A DNA stretch of 64,000 nt from Laetmonice hystrix. Lineage: Eukaryota. Where the stretch lies: contig OZ249441.1 of NCBI GenBank assembly GCA_965235115.1, positions 26,040,001 through 26,104,000 on the forward strand, written 5' to 3'. Below the pieces are notes generated by a model. That model saw only the letters and a list, made by a program, of their open reading frames with translations, ran no database searches and was not told the DNA's origin. Below are positions 24,581 to 38,260 of this stretch, in pieces (positions within the stretch are counted from its first letter, which is position 1; the number at the start of each line of letters is the position of its first letter). The translations under genes were made by a program, and so were the position numbers.

Positions 24581-27500
24581 CTAGAAACAGGATTATTGTG
24601 AACTCCGGTCAATGCCCTCTACACGGCCACTACATCACTAGGCGGACTTAGTCCCCCCCCCCCCCAAGGAAAATTGGACTTTTAGCAAGTCAGCTGGGGG
24701 GAGGGGCAATTGAAGTTACCAAAGCCCCCCCCCCTCACTGAGGTTTAGCCAAGCTCCTATATAGAGACCTAATACACGTATAGTATCCCTGGCTGAAGTT
24801 TTGAATTTAGGGGAAAGTAAGACTTATATTTACCAGATTGTTTTGAACATCACAACATAATTGGCGAAGGCTCTTTTCGTTATAGTTAACTTTTCATAGA
24901 AACATAACGATAATTAAAAAAAACTGAATCGGCAGGATCTGGTGGAAATTATCACCGCCTTCGGTTTCTGTTTCTTTATAACTTCTTTTATAATGATTCT
25001 TTTTATCAATATATGGATTAGACATTCTTAGATTTTATACATGGAAGGAGCCAGTTCCGAAGAGTCGTTTCATTGCAGCGTCGCAGTGTTCCGGAATTAA
25101 ATAGCAGAGGCAGTATCAAAGTCACGCTCTATGTGTATATCAATTCAAGCCATCAAAGGCTTTGTCATTGTTATATCAATATTTTGTCAGTGTTATATTG
25201 AGTGTAGCCCAGCTTTAGAGCTTGTTTATGTTGTGGTGAGTGCTAACAGTTAGAGCAGGGGCCATGCAAATACAAGGGTCCTGGCAGTACCCATCGATAT
25301 AACACCCGCGTCCCACAACCTGGAAGCAATATCTGCATCATAATGTACTGTCAAGGAATTGGCACGGCACGAGTAGACCGATGGGTCACTGTTCCAAACG
25401 GACTGCAGACATTGGTTCGTACACGCAGGCAAGGCGGCTTCTTTAGGTACAATCAACTTAAGTAGGTACTCCTACCCTGCCGATTATGTAGGACAAATAC
25501 ATGAACGATGTTAACAGGTCAAGACTTGGTGCCATGTACAGCCATCCTTCAAACAAGAGCGCAAGCAAGAGCAAACCTCATAAAAGGCACATCAAAGGGA
25601 ATGATGTGCCGGTCAGACAGACCCCCAGACAGGCCATATAGCTTGTGCATGAGAGGCCCGGCCCCAGGCCATGAGGCCAACTGCCTGGTGCTGTCAGCAC
25701 CCATCTATCTAGTCCTAAATTTAACACGCGCCTTAAATCAGTGAAAGTGTTGAAGAGAATACGCTCTGATTTAATGTGGACAGAGGTACCGGTGCCAGTG
25801 GCCGTTTGCTAAGGGTTAAACAATGTTTCAGTAAAGTTTCTATTGCATAATTTATCATCGGGATAAGGGTTAAACTGAAGTACGCTTTGATCAGAATTTG
25901 GTAAGTTTTTTGCCTTATTTTCATGGCATACCTTCGTGGTTCCTTTTCGGAGGATTGGGAAACGAACTTGACTAATGCCGTTTTTAGGAACCGGTGCTTA
26001 CCTTCTGCTAGCTCGAAAAGAGAACATTTGAAAACACCTTGGAAGATGCATCCTCTTCTGTGCCGTCGAAATACAGAAAGGTGGGCCTACAAGTTTGGAG
26101 GCGGAGATCGGTTTATAGGAATTACTATAACAGAAAATGGACGCAGGGTTATTGTTCAGTAAACTTGCTTTTCTTGACAATTCAAGAGGAAAACAGGCGG
26201 TGATAGGGCCACCAAATCTTGAATGGATGTTCTGGAATTTACGGAAGCCGGCGCTAGGTTGGCATTTCAGTTGTAACCGATGGTTGTGAACGTGTGTGGT
26301 ATGGTATATGTAGACGGATTATATGAGACTGGGCCAGGCTAGCCAGCCTCCAACTGGGAATGCAATATGGCAATCATGCTGTGTTTACAAGTTGGCTTCC
26401 TCTATACCTGCACACTATGCCTGCTGGCCGTCGCCCCGATCCCTAGCCCTCCTTATCCTGCTCCGCTCCTTCCTTGTAGCTTCAGCAGTCTCTCCCTCTC
26501 GATCGTTCTTCCTTGTACATCTGAGACAAAAGGTCATACCTATACTTTACCCAGTTTGGAGGATGGCATTCATGGCATGGAGGCTCCGTAAGCACTGCAT
26601 GTATACGTGGGTGACATAAGAGGGCTGACCCTTGCTATGTGAGCGGCCTGAGTGGCCATCAATGCCAAGGTTTTGGTCTACCTGAGAGGAGGGTTCTGTT
26701 TCAGATTGCCTCTTGTTAAATGTAAGCGCTTGTTTCTGCTGAGGTCGGGACGTATTAACTTCTGCATGCTTGGGCATGGAACTCTCAGACAATGAACCCC
26801 AAGGTCGCAAATAGTCAAGATTTTGATGGAGGGGGGGGGGGGGTAGGGTAAAGGTGTGTGTGTGTGTGTGGGGGGGGGGGGTTGGATTTCTATCTGATAT
26901 ACAAAATGTGGTGGACACTACTGTACCTTGGTGATTCCCAGACACTATAAGAATGCACGGCACGCTCCAGCGAGTGGTTGCTCAGCGAGGACTGCCTGGT
27001 ATTTGTGCTATCTAATTGGTATTTATCAACAATCCCCTTGAGATGGTCTCCAGGCCTGTGGTAAAGCATCAGATAGGGCCATTACCATTCGGTAGTCCGC
27101 CAGCAATGTACGAGTTCTTCTCCCAGACCTTCTTATTACCGGGGTCAACAAGGGGCACATGATATCTACTCAACAGTCTTTTTCAATCTTCCTATTGATA
27201 TGTAAGTGGCGTTTAGAGATTATTAAGTGGTCGGAGTGCTCATGATAAATATCTGTCCGGCATTCCAGGTGGCCGGTTAGCAGTCCACACCTCACGGTAT
27301 GAACAGGTGAGAGAGATATATGACGAAATACGGTTAACATCCCAACATATTATGACAGATAACAGATTTTTTAAGTGATGACGCATAACAAACCTGAATG
27401 CAGGACCAAGTTGGCAGCACTACGGAAGCGTCTTTTACTTGGCACATCTTGGTCGCCATAATTATGCATGTATAGTGTTAAACCTGCCAAGCTTCCCTAT

Positions 27501-27694
27501 ACCATGCATTGAGTCGCAGAAAATCGCCGCCTCGCCTCAGTTCATTCACGGGGCGTTCAGTTTCTTAAAGCAATCAGAGAGCATCTCTCGTTTCTATATG
27601 ACTCCAAATTGCTGACATGGGCTGTTAACTTAGATAAGGTCTTAGACTACATAAATCAAAAATGTATACCCAGAGAAATGGAGAAATCTAACGA

Positions 27695-27908
27695 AATTCA
27701 ATATTTCAGTCGGCCGTTGTCGCCATGAAGCGAACGCCTCGTGACTGGTTGTTGACATGGAATTGACTTAAATAGCCAATGAAATCGAATCATCGCCTGA
27801 TGAATTTCATTGGCTGTTCAAGTCAATGCCAGGTCAACGATTTTGTCAACAACCAGACATAAGACGATCGTTTCATAGCGATAACAGGCAATTGAAATGT
27901 ATTGGATT
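27695..27908. mobile_element. fold-back / MITE-like palindromic element (about 210 bp)
   Basis: Left arm CTGGTTGTTGACATGGAATTGACTTAAATAGCCAATGAAAT pairs with right arm ATTTCATTGGCTGTTCAAGTCAATGCCA...TGTCAACAACCAG. Outer arms GTTGTCGCCATGAAGCGA / TCGTTTCATAGCGATAAC also match imperfectly. Confidence 0.7.
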
Positions 27909-28241
27909 GGAGTATATATTTTGCCATTATTATTGTTATTATTGAGATTCAACGATCAGCTCATAAAGAGAGGGACATTTGTCCTAATCCGATAGCTGAC
28001 TGCTATAGTAGCCAATACACATATAGGCCCATAACAACGTACGTCATTTCGGGCCGGTTGCAGTAAATCTAACTGACATAGGTCATTTTTTTAATCCTGA
28101 GGTTACGGGAAGATGAACTATGTGTTGATGAGATAAACTACACGTCGGCTTTGAAATCGGCGTCGGGAGGCGATGAAAGATTACACCTAGTCTTGGGCGG
28201 TTTGCTTAGACAAAATATATCTCAAGTCTTTCATTGGCGAC

Positions 28242-29272
28242 TGTCAGTTATTTGTGATCACCGGGCACCAAGCCCATTATCACTGTGACCACCCGGCAGC
28301 CAGCCCATTGTCAGTTATATGTGACCACTGGGCACTAAGCCCATTGTGACCACCGGGCACTAAGCCCATTGTCAGTTATATGTGACCACTGGGCACTAAG
28401 TCCATTGTGACCACCGGGTACTAAGCCCATTGTCAGTTATATGTGACCACTGGGCACTAAGCCCATTGTGACCACCGGGCACTAAGCCCATTGCCAGTTA
28501 TATGCGACCAACGGGCACCAAGCCCATTGTCAGTTACATGTGACCACCCGGCAGCCAGCCCATTGTCAGTTATATGTGACCACTGGGCACTAAGCCCATT
28601 GTGACCACCGGGCACTAAGCCCATTGTCAGTTATATGTGACCACCGGGCACCAAGCCCATTGTCAGTTACATGTGACCACCCGGCAGCCAGCCCATTGTC
28701 AGTTATATGTGACCACTGGGCACTAAGCCCATTGTGACCACCGGGCACTAAGCCCATTGTCAGTTATATGTGACCACCGGGCACCAAGCCCATTGTCAGT
28801 TACATGTGACCACCCGGCAGCCAGCCCATTGTCAGTTATATGTGACCACTGGGCACTAAGCCCATTGTGACCACCGGGCACTAAGCCCATTGTCAGTTAT
28901 ATGCGACCACCGGGCACCAAGCCCATTGTCAGTTACATGTGACCACCCGGCAGCCAGCCCATTGTCAGTTATATGTGACCACTGGGCACTAAGCCCATTG
29001 TGACCACCGGGTACTAAGCTCATTGCCAGTTATATGCGGGCACCAAGCCCATTGTCAGTTACATGTGACCACCCGGCAGCCAGTCCATTGTCAGTTATAT
29101 GTGACCACTGGGCACTAAGCCCATTGTGACCACCGGGCACTAAGCCCATTGTCAGTTATATGCGACCACCGGGCACCAAGCCCATTGTGAGTTACATGTG
29201 ACCACCCGGCAGCCAGCCCATTGTCAGTATGTGACCACCCGGCAGCCGGCCCACATTCAGGTACATGTGACC
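28242..29272. repeat. complex minisatellite with a 133-bp higher-order unit (36+36+25+36 bp)
   Basis: Subunits GTCAGTTATATGTGACCACTGGGCACTAAGCCCATT (36) and GTGACCACCGGGCACTAAGCCCATT (25). The marker ACATGTGACC recurs at 28536, 28669, 28802, 28935, 29061 and 29194. Confidence 0.95.
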
Positions 29273-31357
29273 ACATGACAGCCAGGGGGTTCAGTGGTCC
29301 ATTGGCGCTGGAGTTTGATAAAAGCAGGGCGGGTGATCCTGATAGTAGACTTTTGTTCCGGGGGGTTAAGAGTAAAAGTGCATAGTCCAGCCATGGTAGG
29401 GGGTGGGAGAAAACGACCTCAGTCCTACCACACACTGAGTTCAGATAATCTATACTCTGTATGCCCCCCCCCCAGCACCACCACCCCCTCAAGGTCATTG
29501 ATAGGGCCTAATCAAAAGTTGGACTGCAGGATCCCATTGGCCTTAAGCCGGGGATGCACTGACATCTTTTCCCCCGAATCCGACCCGGTGCAACTAGTTG
29601 AAAACTAGGCCTGATTGTGGGGCCAATCTGGTTGCATCTGTTCGGTTAGGGTGACGCTGGTCTAGACGGATTTGTTCGGCATTAGTTGGTGTAGTGTATC
29701 TACCCTAGTCGGAGGAGTCGGTCATACGAACCGACCGACCCAGTCGGGGTCAGTTGGCTTCAGCTCAGTCGGATCGGATCGGCAGAAGAGTGCCAGTGTA
29801 TCCCCGGCTGTATCCTGGTCGGGGTAACCTGGCCTTGACCCCCCTGCCACCCCCACCCGAACACACACCTTCACAGTCCAAGGACATAGGGACCTGGTAT
29901 TAAAGTCGAGGCTACCATGGCAAAGGTTCATTCAAGATGACGAAGGAATTTTGAGCTGACTGTGACAGACCACCCAGGTCAAGACGTTTTTCTCATGTCA
30001 TCAACAGCTCACAGGTGGGATTGTCATATTACAAACGATTCGCATTGTAAATCGGCCCACTCTGTTAGTTTAACTCACATATGTTTCACTTTTTGGAATG
30101 CCATTCACACAGTTCCTTTCGCAATCCTTTTGCTCAGTCATTTGTGCTCCTCAATACATGTTTTTCTTCACCATTGAAGCTATAGGATTGAGAAGTAATA
30201 AGGCCCCTGGAGTGTCACCCCCCCCCCCAGGGTCTACCCCCCGCGGTCAGTGGTATCCTCCTTTATCAGAGATAGAGAGCTGACTGTATCACATATCTTG
30301 TTCCTTTCTTCGTGACGACTTATGAAATGATCAGCTCTATGGTGATCAGATAATACATATAGAAAAAGGCCGTTCGTCAAATGTATAAATTTAACTGAGT
30401 AAAGATATCAGAACAAACATTGGTATGGGCAGTCCTAGGTGTACAGCATTACCCCCCATTTTGCATTTCTGGCTACTTGAGAGTAAATTTAGCAGCCCGG
30501 GTTTTCAGGACATCAACTTTTTGGTTGGAGATAACTAGGAGGATTTGTTGATAAGAGGAGAAACTTTCAAATTACAAGTACATACACAGACGCATAGCTC
30601 TTTGTGAATCGCTTTGGAACCACAAATCAAGTAGATTACAGCCTGGTATGCCATTCTACCTGACTGATTCGCCTGTAAAGAGGACCATACATATCCTATG
30701 GGTCATTCATCATAGTGCCTCTCGCCTTGTGAGCCCAAGTTTATGCCATGGCGTCCAGGGACTCTTACAACACCCTTTCTTACCTTGGCGGTCGAAATTC
30801 ACCAGGTAAATGCAGCTCCGGCCTAGTCATATTTTTTTTCTAAATCAAAACTACAGCTGTGCGAATGAAGGATGAATTTTGGCCTTTGACAGCTCGGATG
30901 ATTGATGATTGCTGGGAGGAAAGCCTGACTGCGTGATCTCTTATGTTTTGTAATGTCTGTGTTTAATAACGTCCCGCCTGACCTGTATTCCAGTTTGTGG
31001 GCCACCACCTGACAGTGCGGGAGTTTATGGGACAGAATACCTGTGTGTATGGGGAAGTATAGTTGTATTAATCAGATCTAAAGAAATAACCGCTACTCGA
31101 AGAAAATAGGTGACCGGTCGCTTAAAAAAGTTTCGCATTCCAGGCTAGGATAAGGCGCCTGACTTCAACCCCTTGTGAAAAAAAGGATGGATGATAACGG
31201 GATGGTGTGCGGATTGTTGTACAGATTGAGAGACACGATTGTTAGATACTATTTAACGTTTATTCTTGATGGTAGCACAGATGGGCCTTAGGAATTGAAG
31301 ATTTGTGGGTCCGGTAGGGTTTGGGGCGATAGTGCACTGCGACTAGATTCACGACCG

Positions 31358-32143
31358 CCATTCTAAGTACACTCACCGTGTCGGGGTAGTGGTGGGCCCA
31401 TTACCATTCTGAGTACACTCACCGTGTCGGGGAAGTGGTGGCCGATCACCATTCTGAGTACACTCACCGTGTTGGGGAAGTGGTGGCCCATCACCATTTT
31501 GAGTACACTCACCGTGTTGGGGAAGTGGTGGCCCATCACCATTCTAAGTACACTCACCGTGTCGGGGAAGTGGTGGCCCATCACCATTCTGAGTACACTC
31601 ACCGTGTCGGGGAAGTGGTGGCCCATCACCATTCTGAGTACACTCACCGTGTTGGGGAAGTGGTGGCCGATCACCATTCTGAGTACACTCACCGTGTTGG
31701 GGAAGTGGTGGCTCATCACCATTCTGAGTACACTCACCGTGTCGGGGAAGTGGTGGCCCATCACCATTCTGAGTACACTCACCGTGTCGGGGAAGTGGTG
31801 GCCGATCACCATTCTGAGTACACTCACCGTGTTGGGGAAGTGGTGGCCCATCACCATTCTGAGTACACTCACCGTGTTGGGGAAGTGGTGGCCCATCACC
31901 ATTCTAAGTACACTCACCGTGTCGGGGAAGTGGTGGACCATCACCATTCTAAGTACACTCACCGTGTCGGAGAAGTGGTGGCCCATCACCATTCTGAGTA
32001 CACTCACCGTGTCGGGGAAGTGGTGGCCGATCACCATTCTGAGTACACTCACCGTCTCGGGGAAGTGGTGGCCCATCACCATTCTGAGTATACTCACCGT
32101 GTCGGGGAAGTGGTGGCCCATCACCATTCTGAGTACACTCACC
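31358..32143. repeat. 45-bp minisatellite, about 17.5 copies
   Basis: Unit GAGTACACTCACCGTGTCGGGGAAGTGGTGGCCCATCACCATTCT. It produces the 238-260 aa repeat ORFs on both strands. Confidence 0.97.
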
Positions 32144-35100
32144 ATGTTTAGAGTTTGATGCCATCAACTTTCTACGCCCATTCAGCTCCTTTTAAGCAGT
32201 GGTAGCCCATTAATGACATCAGTCTGAGAGCATCGACCGTGCGACGATAAACAAAGCTGGTGGTGCACACCTGGGATCATGTATCATAAGAAATACCTTT
32301 CATTTTCCTTGGTCTTAAGAATATGTTTACACGAAGTGAGGATTATGCCTAGTCAGCAGATTTAACGGTAGTGCCAGAATGGTATTCCAGCCCGTATGAA
32401 ACTGAGGTTCGGGAGGGGGGGGGGGTGGGGGACTATCCATCTCTGACTAATGCCTCATTGATAATCCACATAGACACCTGGCGAGGTAGCGTATAAAGAG
32501 CGGCTTGTACACGGTAGTAAACTTGAGTAAAACCAGTGTCCTGTCCCTCCGCTAACGTTCGACCACCATACCAAGTCGTAGTACAAACGTACAGCTGCTT
32601 CCAGTTGTTTCAGAGGTAAAACTTTTTATCACTCTTATTTTCCTGGGGTTTTTTTCGTCTTTCTTTCTTTTTCTAAGGGCCTCTCGCAGTGGTTTATTTC
32701 AAGCTGTTGCCAGGTAAATGTCACGATTATCTGGAGCCTTTTGCTCGACTAAGGCATCCCTGAGTCACGGTATATAATATATGTCAGTCAATGAAGAGCT
32801 CCACCTGAATTAATTATCAATGACTACGGCGGAAACCATGGCGATGTGGGCCGCAGTCGATTGGTGCACCTGTAAAAAACTAAAATATAATTGAAAAAAC
32901 CCTGATATATTAAGGTCGGAGACTGGGAGAGAAAGCGAGAGAATAGGAAGATAGTAGTTATTAACCGGGCTGCAGGTTTCATAACATCCAAGGTGTTATG
33001 CCATGGCTGTTTGTGGCCTGTATAAGAATTAAGGGGAGTTTTGTTACTGCTCCAAAAAGTATTCAACTCCGGGTGTCTCGGAAACATGGTGAGGGGCGGG
33101 GGGGGGGGGGATCGAACCGTTTTTCCACCTTCCTTTTCTTGCGGGGGGGGGGGGGGGGGTCCATCTTGAGCTTAAGTTGAGCTTGAGCTGATAGCTGATC
33201 TTTCGCTACGCAATTCAAACAGACTGGATTAACAGCAACTCTGCCGAAGTTTGTAGAGAAAAAGGCCCGGGTAGCCAGAGAGGTGAAGGCACCAGATATC
33301 CGAGTATAGGGGATTACCTCTAGAGGTTAGGGGGATCTCGTTTATAATGGAGCATGGCAAGGGCAGTAGAATATAACTAATCCAGGGTTCTCGGTGCTTG
33401 GTACATATCTAGGGACGGTTGAGGGGTTACAGAGTACATCGCGTGCATACCTAACCGAGGTGGCATAGTTAACCCCGAAACTTACGAGGATACTCACCTA
33501 TAGGCCTGGGCCAATAAAGACACTCGGGAAAGACAGGTACCCTAATTAGTCGCTACCATTGTGGCTTAATTAATTACCAGATTGTTGCACCTGGGGTGGA
33601 CCGACAGTTTTGGATGGGAGAATGGACAAACAGGTAAAAGGGAAGATCATTGGAGCTAAATTTTCTTTAAAGGGTGTGTGAGGACTGGAGCTGGGATGAC
33701 TCCGGCAGTGTGTTCCCCTGAGTTTATTAAGGTCTTGTAACGGCAGATCTGATGTAGATAATTATCAGTATCAGCTCCTTCATGATATCGGCATTATGAT
33801 CGAGTGCTTCACTGAAGTTCGATAAGTGCATTCGACTTTATTAGAAAACAAAGAACGAAAAACAAAAACAAACAAAAAACGACCAAAAAAAACCCCACAA
33901 GAAACAAGGCCAAGTAGAGTGACGTAGGTCTTTAAGAGTGTTTGATTCGAAACGTTTTTTTGTGTTTGTTTTATGGTGTTTATTTTGTATAGGTGGTACA
34001 CACTAATATAAGACATTCCGGCATTCAACATGAGATATTTGATTCGTAATGAACCGAAATCTTCAATGGGCTTTCTTGCTGAAATTAGCCAGCCAATTCT
34101 ATGCAGTTTTAATTCTTTTTAAATCATGCCATCCTGCTTGTGTTCAGTGGCATTTATAACATCACAACAGTTGAGTATCCATCGCCGCGGTACAGTAGTT
34201 GTTACCATATCGCCAGATTACAAGACAGTATGAACGCCTCGTGGCAGGCCCAGAGGCAGTCTGGAGGTGCTTGCCAGTATAACGGGCCACCAGCCGCAGG
34301 TATAGGTCCTATATACAGACAGCAACAGTGGTGGTCCGGCCTCAATCTGCTGACCGTACAGTTGGGATGTTGAAGTGGTTTGTTATCAAAATCAAAGTCG
34401 TGTTTGTTTTTCTGTATAGATAAGATTATCACAATAGACAGCTTACAGTAAGTTCTCGTGCAGTAATCTCTTTATTCTGATGCTCACATTTATTTGAGAT
34501 TTGCAGGATTTCACGTATTTTACGATTATCCCTCCCCCGCCCCTTTTTAATTATTGCACAATTTCTGCGAAAAATATCTTCCCAGTCTGGATAATGGCTC
34601 GTATGACGACACTGGGTAATCCCCAGACCATGCGCTGACGTGCAATATTATCCATAGTTTAGTCGAAGGTCCACACATTTGCATTACGTATGTATACATG
34701 TAATATAAAAGCACCGTATCGAGACGGAAAACTTTTCATGTTTTCAGACAAACTGTTTTTACACATCTAATACTATAGTTTTCCCTTGAAACCCTAACAC
34801 ATCATGATGTACGACTTACAGACTTAGATACGCTATAAGTCATGCACTGTACATCAGTAACCATCCGGCGTACATTGTGTCATGCGCCATACAGTATATG
34901 CATCTCACATCCATGATACGTCGCCCGTACGCCATAGGTCATACATACCCTGCCCATGTCCTCTACCTTCGTCCCGCCTCTGACGTCTCTATCTCTTACA
35001 TTTTAAGAATGTTCCTCCTTGTTTGTGAGAAAAAGTGTGTGGGTTTTTTTAAAAAAGATTCCGCTTGGATGGAGGTAAGAAAGAGACACAGGATAAGCTC

Positions 35101-36861
35101 ACTCGCAGGGATATCAGACAAAGTATACTTTAAGTATACGCAACTTTAGTTTTTCCACACAAAGATTAAAATGCAGAGCATAAGTAGTGCTTCACTTGTA
35201 TTACTATTAGTCTAATCAAATATCGACTGTCGCGAACATTATTTTCCAGTCAGAACTGCATATATTTACCAGCATGGGTAATTCGGTAGTCTCTTTGTTG
35301 TGACGCTGAATAACAACATGACAAACAAGTGTGCGATGTTTGAAAACTAAATAGCCATGGCAAGTGTCCTAAGGGCAGACATATTGATCTCATTAATCAC
35401 AAGGTCAAACATGACCCGTTCCGGTTCTGGCAACACACCTGAATCAGATCCGAGTTGCCAATTTCCCCTTAAGGTACTCGCATGTCTAGCTGTTATTTAC
35501 GGAGAACCGGTGTGCCTCCTTTAAGCAGACCATCGCCCTGTGTGCACAATCTGACAGTAACGCAGTGTTCGAGGGTGTAAAGTAGAGAGACTGATTCAAG
35601 TAAAGCAACTGTTGATGTATTCGGAAGGGCCCTACCTAAGGATGTTGTCTATGTACGGGAGGACGTGTAAATAAACAGTAATGGTCCGTAATGTGGCGAG
35701 TCGATGAACCCAGTTTACTTATCAACAAGTGGAGAAAGGTGGGGTGGGGGTGGGGGTGGGGGGAGGGTCGACCCTGATAACTTCCACAAATAAACTGGTC
35801 AGAATCATGATAAGACACGATCGTAGAGTCACGTCTGTTGGCTATTTATAAAGCTTTAATTCTCATCCAACGTGGGAGAGCCAAGGTGGAGCAGGTATAG
35901 CGACACTCGTGTATAGGTGTCCCCGACCGACGTACGGCGAGCGACACCCAGGTTGTAAAACGATGGTTTTATACGTCTAGGTTCCAGGAACTGGGTTGGC
36001 ATGAGTTCCTGATCTATTCCTCTGAAGTGGTCAGTTTGCCAACCGCCCCAAACTCTGTCTGACTCAGCAACTGTACGACGTGCAAGAGTGAGAGCCACTC
36101 TCATCACCACGATAACATGCAGTGTCTGTGTTAAGTTGTTCTTAAAGTCACAGATTTTTAGGGCGCACGTATTGTGCAAGGTAGCTGCGGCATTGCTTAA
36201 ATACCTTGGTAATGGTACGTCTTACGTAAAGTCATTGTAAGTATGTTAAGTGACTGTTGCTGATGTTCCCAAACGACCTTAATGGTATAACGCTGATCCT
36301 GTTTTGGTTGAGGTTTTATTGTAAACACCTGGTTCTATATTGTGGCTGATTAGGTAGCTAAATTAGCTGAGCCGTGGTATACGCTGGACTGTGATATGTC
36401 ACTGCCTGTCCCGTGCCAGGGAGTACCAAAGGTCATAAAGGTACAATTAACACATCTAGTTAATAACCCCGGGTCACAAAGGTAAACCAGTAATCAGGTT
36501 AATAACTAATGCAGAAAATACGGTGTTGACTTTTAAATGTATTTCTTTAGATAACTGATAGTCGACAAATAAAAGCGGGGGGAATTTGAAACAGAAGAGA
36601 TTTTTAACCTACCACAAACATTGAAGCCAAAGGCCTGTCATTGGCGACCAATAACGGGATGAACTTTACAGCATGGAATGCATGGCGGTCCTACTGATAA
36701 TCAGTATCATTATACAAAGGGGAAGACTTCGAATAAGAAAAAGTATGAGGAGCCCGTGGAGCTCTGACACGGGAGCTGAAGTCAAGCTGCTGTTTAACTC
36801 CAGCGATAGTATCTGTACCAGCCGCGGGGGGTTTAACTGTTGTAAGGCCATGCCTTCTTAC

Positions 36862-36902
36862 CGCTCGCGTGCGTCCCAGTAGATCTTCCTCAGTACTCGA
36901 GT
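36862..36902 (-). CDS. candidate short exon (41 nt)
   Basis: Acceptor TTTCATTGGCTCACAG|, donor GCG|GTAAGA. Phase 0 gives TRVLRKIYWDARE(R). Reading through the donor in the phase-1 frame gives a longer open stretch ending at 36691. Confidence 0.25.
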
Positions 36903-37790
36903 CTGTGAGCCAATGAAACACCAGCCGGAATGTACGATGGTATTTGGGCAGACATGTAAAATGTAGGTCCCGTTACTGCCGCCTAAACCAACAAACCCAC
37001 AAATGGGACATTAATCATCAGTCCAAGCGCATGACTTATGACTTGACAAGTGTTCTTAACCGTTTCATAGTCTGTGCTTAACATGATAGTGACTGCAGCG
37101 AACACATATCCAAGTGACTTTGGATGGGACTGGGTGAGGGTCTTATGGAGCAGTCGGTAGACTTAGCATATTTGTCCCGATAAGGATTAAGGTGTGGCTA
37201 ATCAGGAACGTGTAGTCATACATCGTGACTGCTAAATGATACAAGGCTACTTCCCAGTCAGTCAGCAGGTGCCCTGTGATAACGTAACGCATGTCATTAG
37301 TTCAATCCCAAATCTCCGACCAGACTCGGACGAAGATGTTGGGGGTTCTTTTCTAGGACGGAGGATGAAAATGTTATCAATGCAGTTCTTTCTACCTTTA
37401 CTGTTTTCAAGTGAGTATTCTCCGGCAAACGCGACATATTAATTTTTTGCTCCTTTCAAATGGTAATACATGATGTTAAAAAATGAAAATGTCTTAATTG
37501 CTACATTCACGCAAAAAAGGACTTCATTTTGGCAATGCAATAGTGAGTTTGGGTTAATCAGAGGAGGATCCAGGAGTTTGTAATTGGAAGGTGTGTGTGT
37601 GTGGGGGGGGGGGGGGATACATGCGGGAGCTAGACCTTGTAAGGTGGTGTAGAAACAAGCGCCGTCTGGCAGGTGACGGGCAAACCTTGTCACACCAGGT
37701 AGCCGACAGTTGAGAGTTCAAGACTAGGATTTGGGCCCATGTCAGGACTGATATTAATGTCAGGGTTTAGCAATGTCAGGGTTTAGGGTC

Positions 37791-38260
37791 AGGGCCATGC
37801 CATAATTGATGTTGGTAGGGGCCATACCATTATTGATGTTGGTGAAGGGCCATGCCATTATTGATGTTGGTGAAGGGCCATGTTATTATTGATGTTGGTG
37901 AAGGGCAATGCCATAATTGATGTTGGTAGGGGCCATACCATTATTGATGTTGGTGAAGGGCCATACCATTATTGATGTTGGTGAAGGGCCATGCCATTAT
38001 TGATGTTGGTGAAGGGCCATACCATTATTGATGTTGGTGAAGGGCCATACCATTATTGATGTTGGTGAAGGGCCATGCCATTATTGATGTTGGTGAAGGG
38101 CCATGCCATTATTGATGTTGGTGAAGGGCAATGCCGTTATTGATGTTGGTGAAGGGCCATGCCATTATTGATGTTGGTGAAGGGCCATGCCATTATTGAT
38201 GTTGGTGAAGGGCCATGCCATTATTGATGTTGGTGAAGGGCCATGCCATTGTTGATGTTG
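37791..38260. repeat. 28-bp minisatellite, about 17 copies
   Basis: Unit GGGCCATGCCATTATTGATGTTGGTGAA. Confidence 0.97.

Noticed and set aside
34202-34432. DHHC palmitoyltransferase, from the DHHC string in a minus ORF
   Set aside because: The surrounding Cys-rich domain pattern (CxxC before, PWxxNCIG after) is absent.
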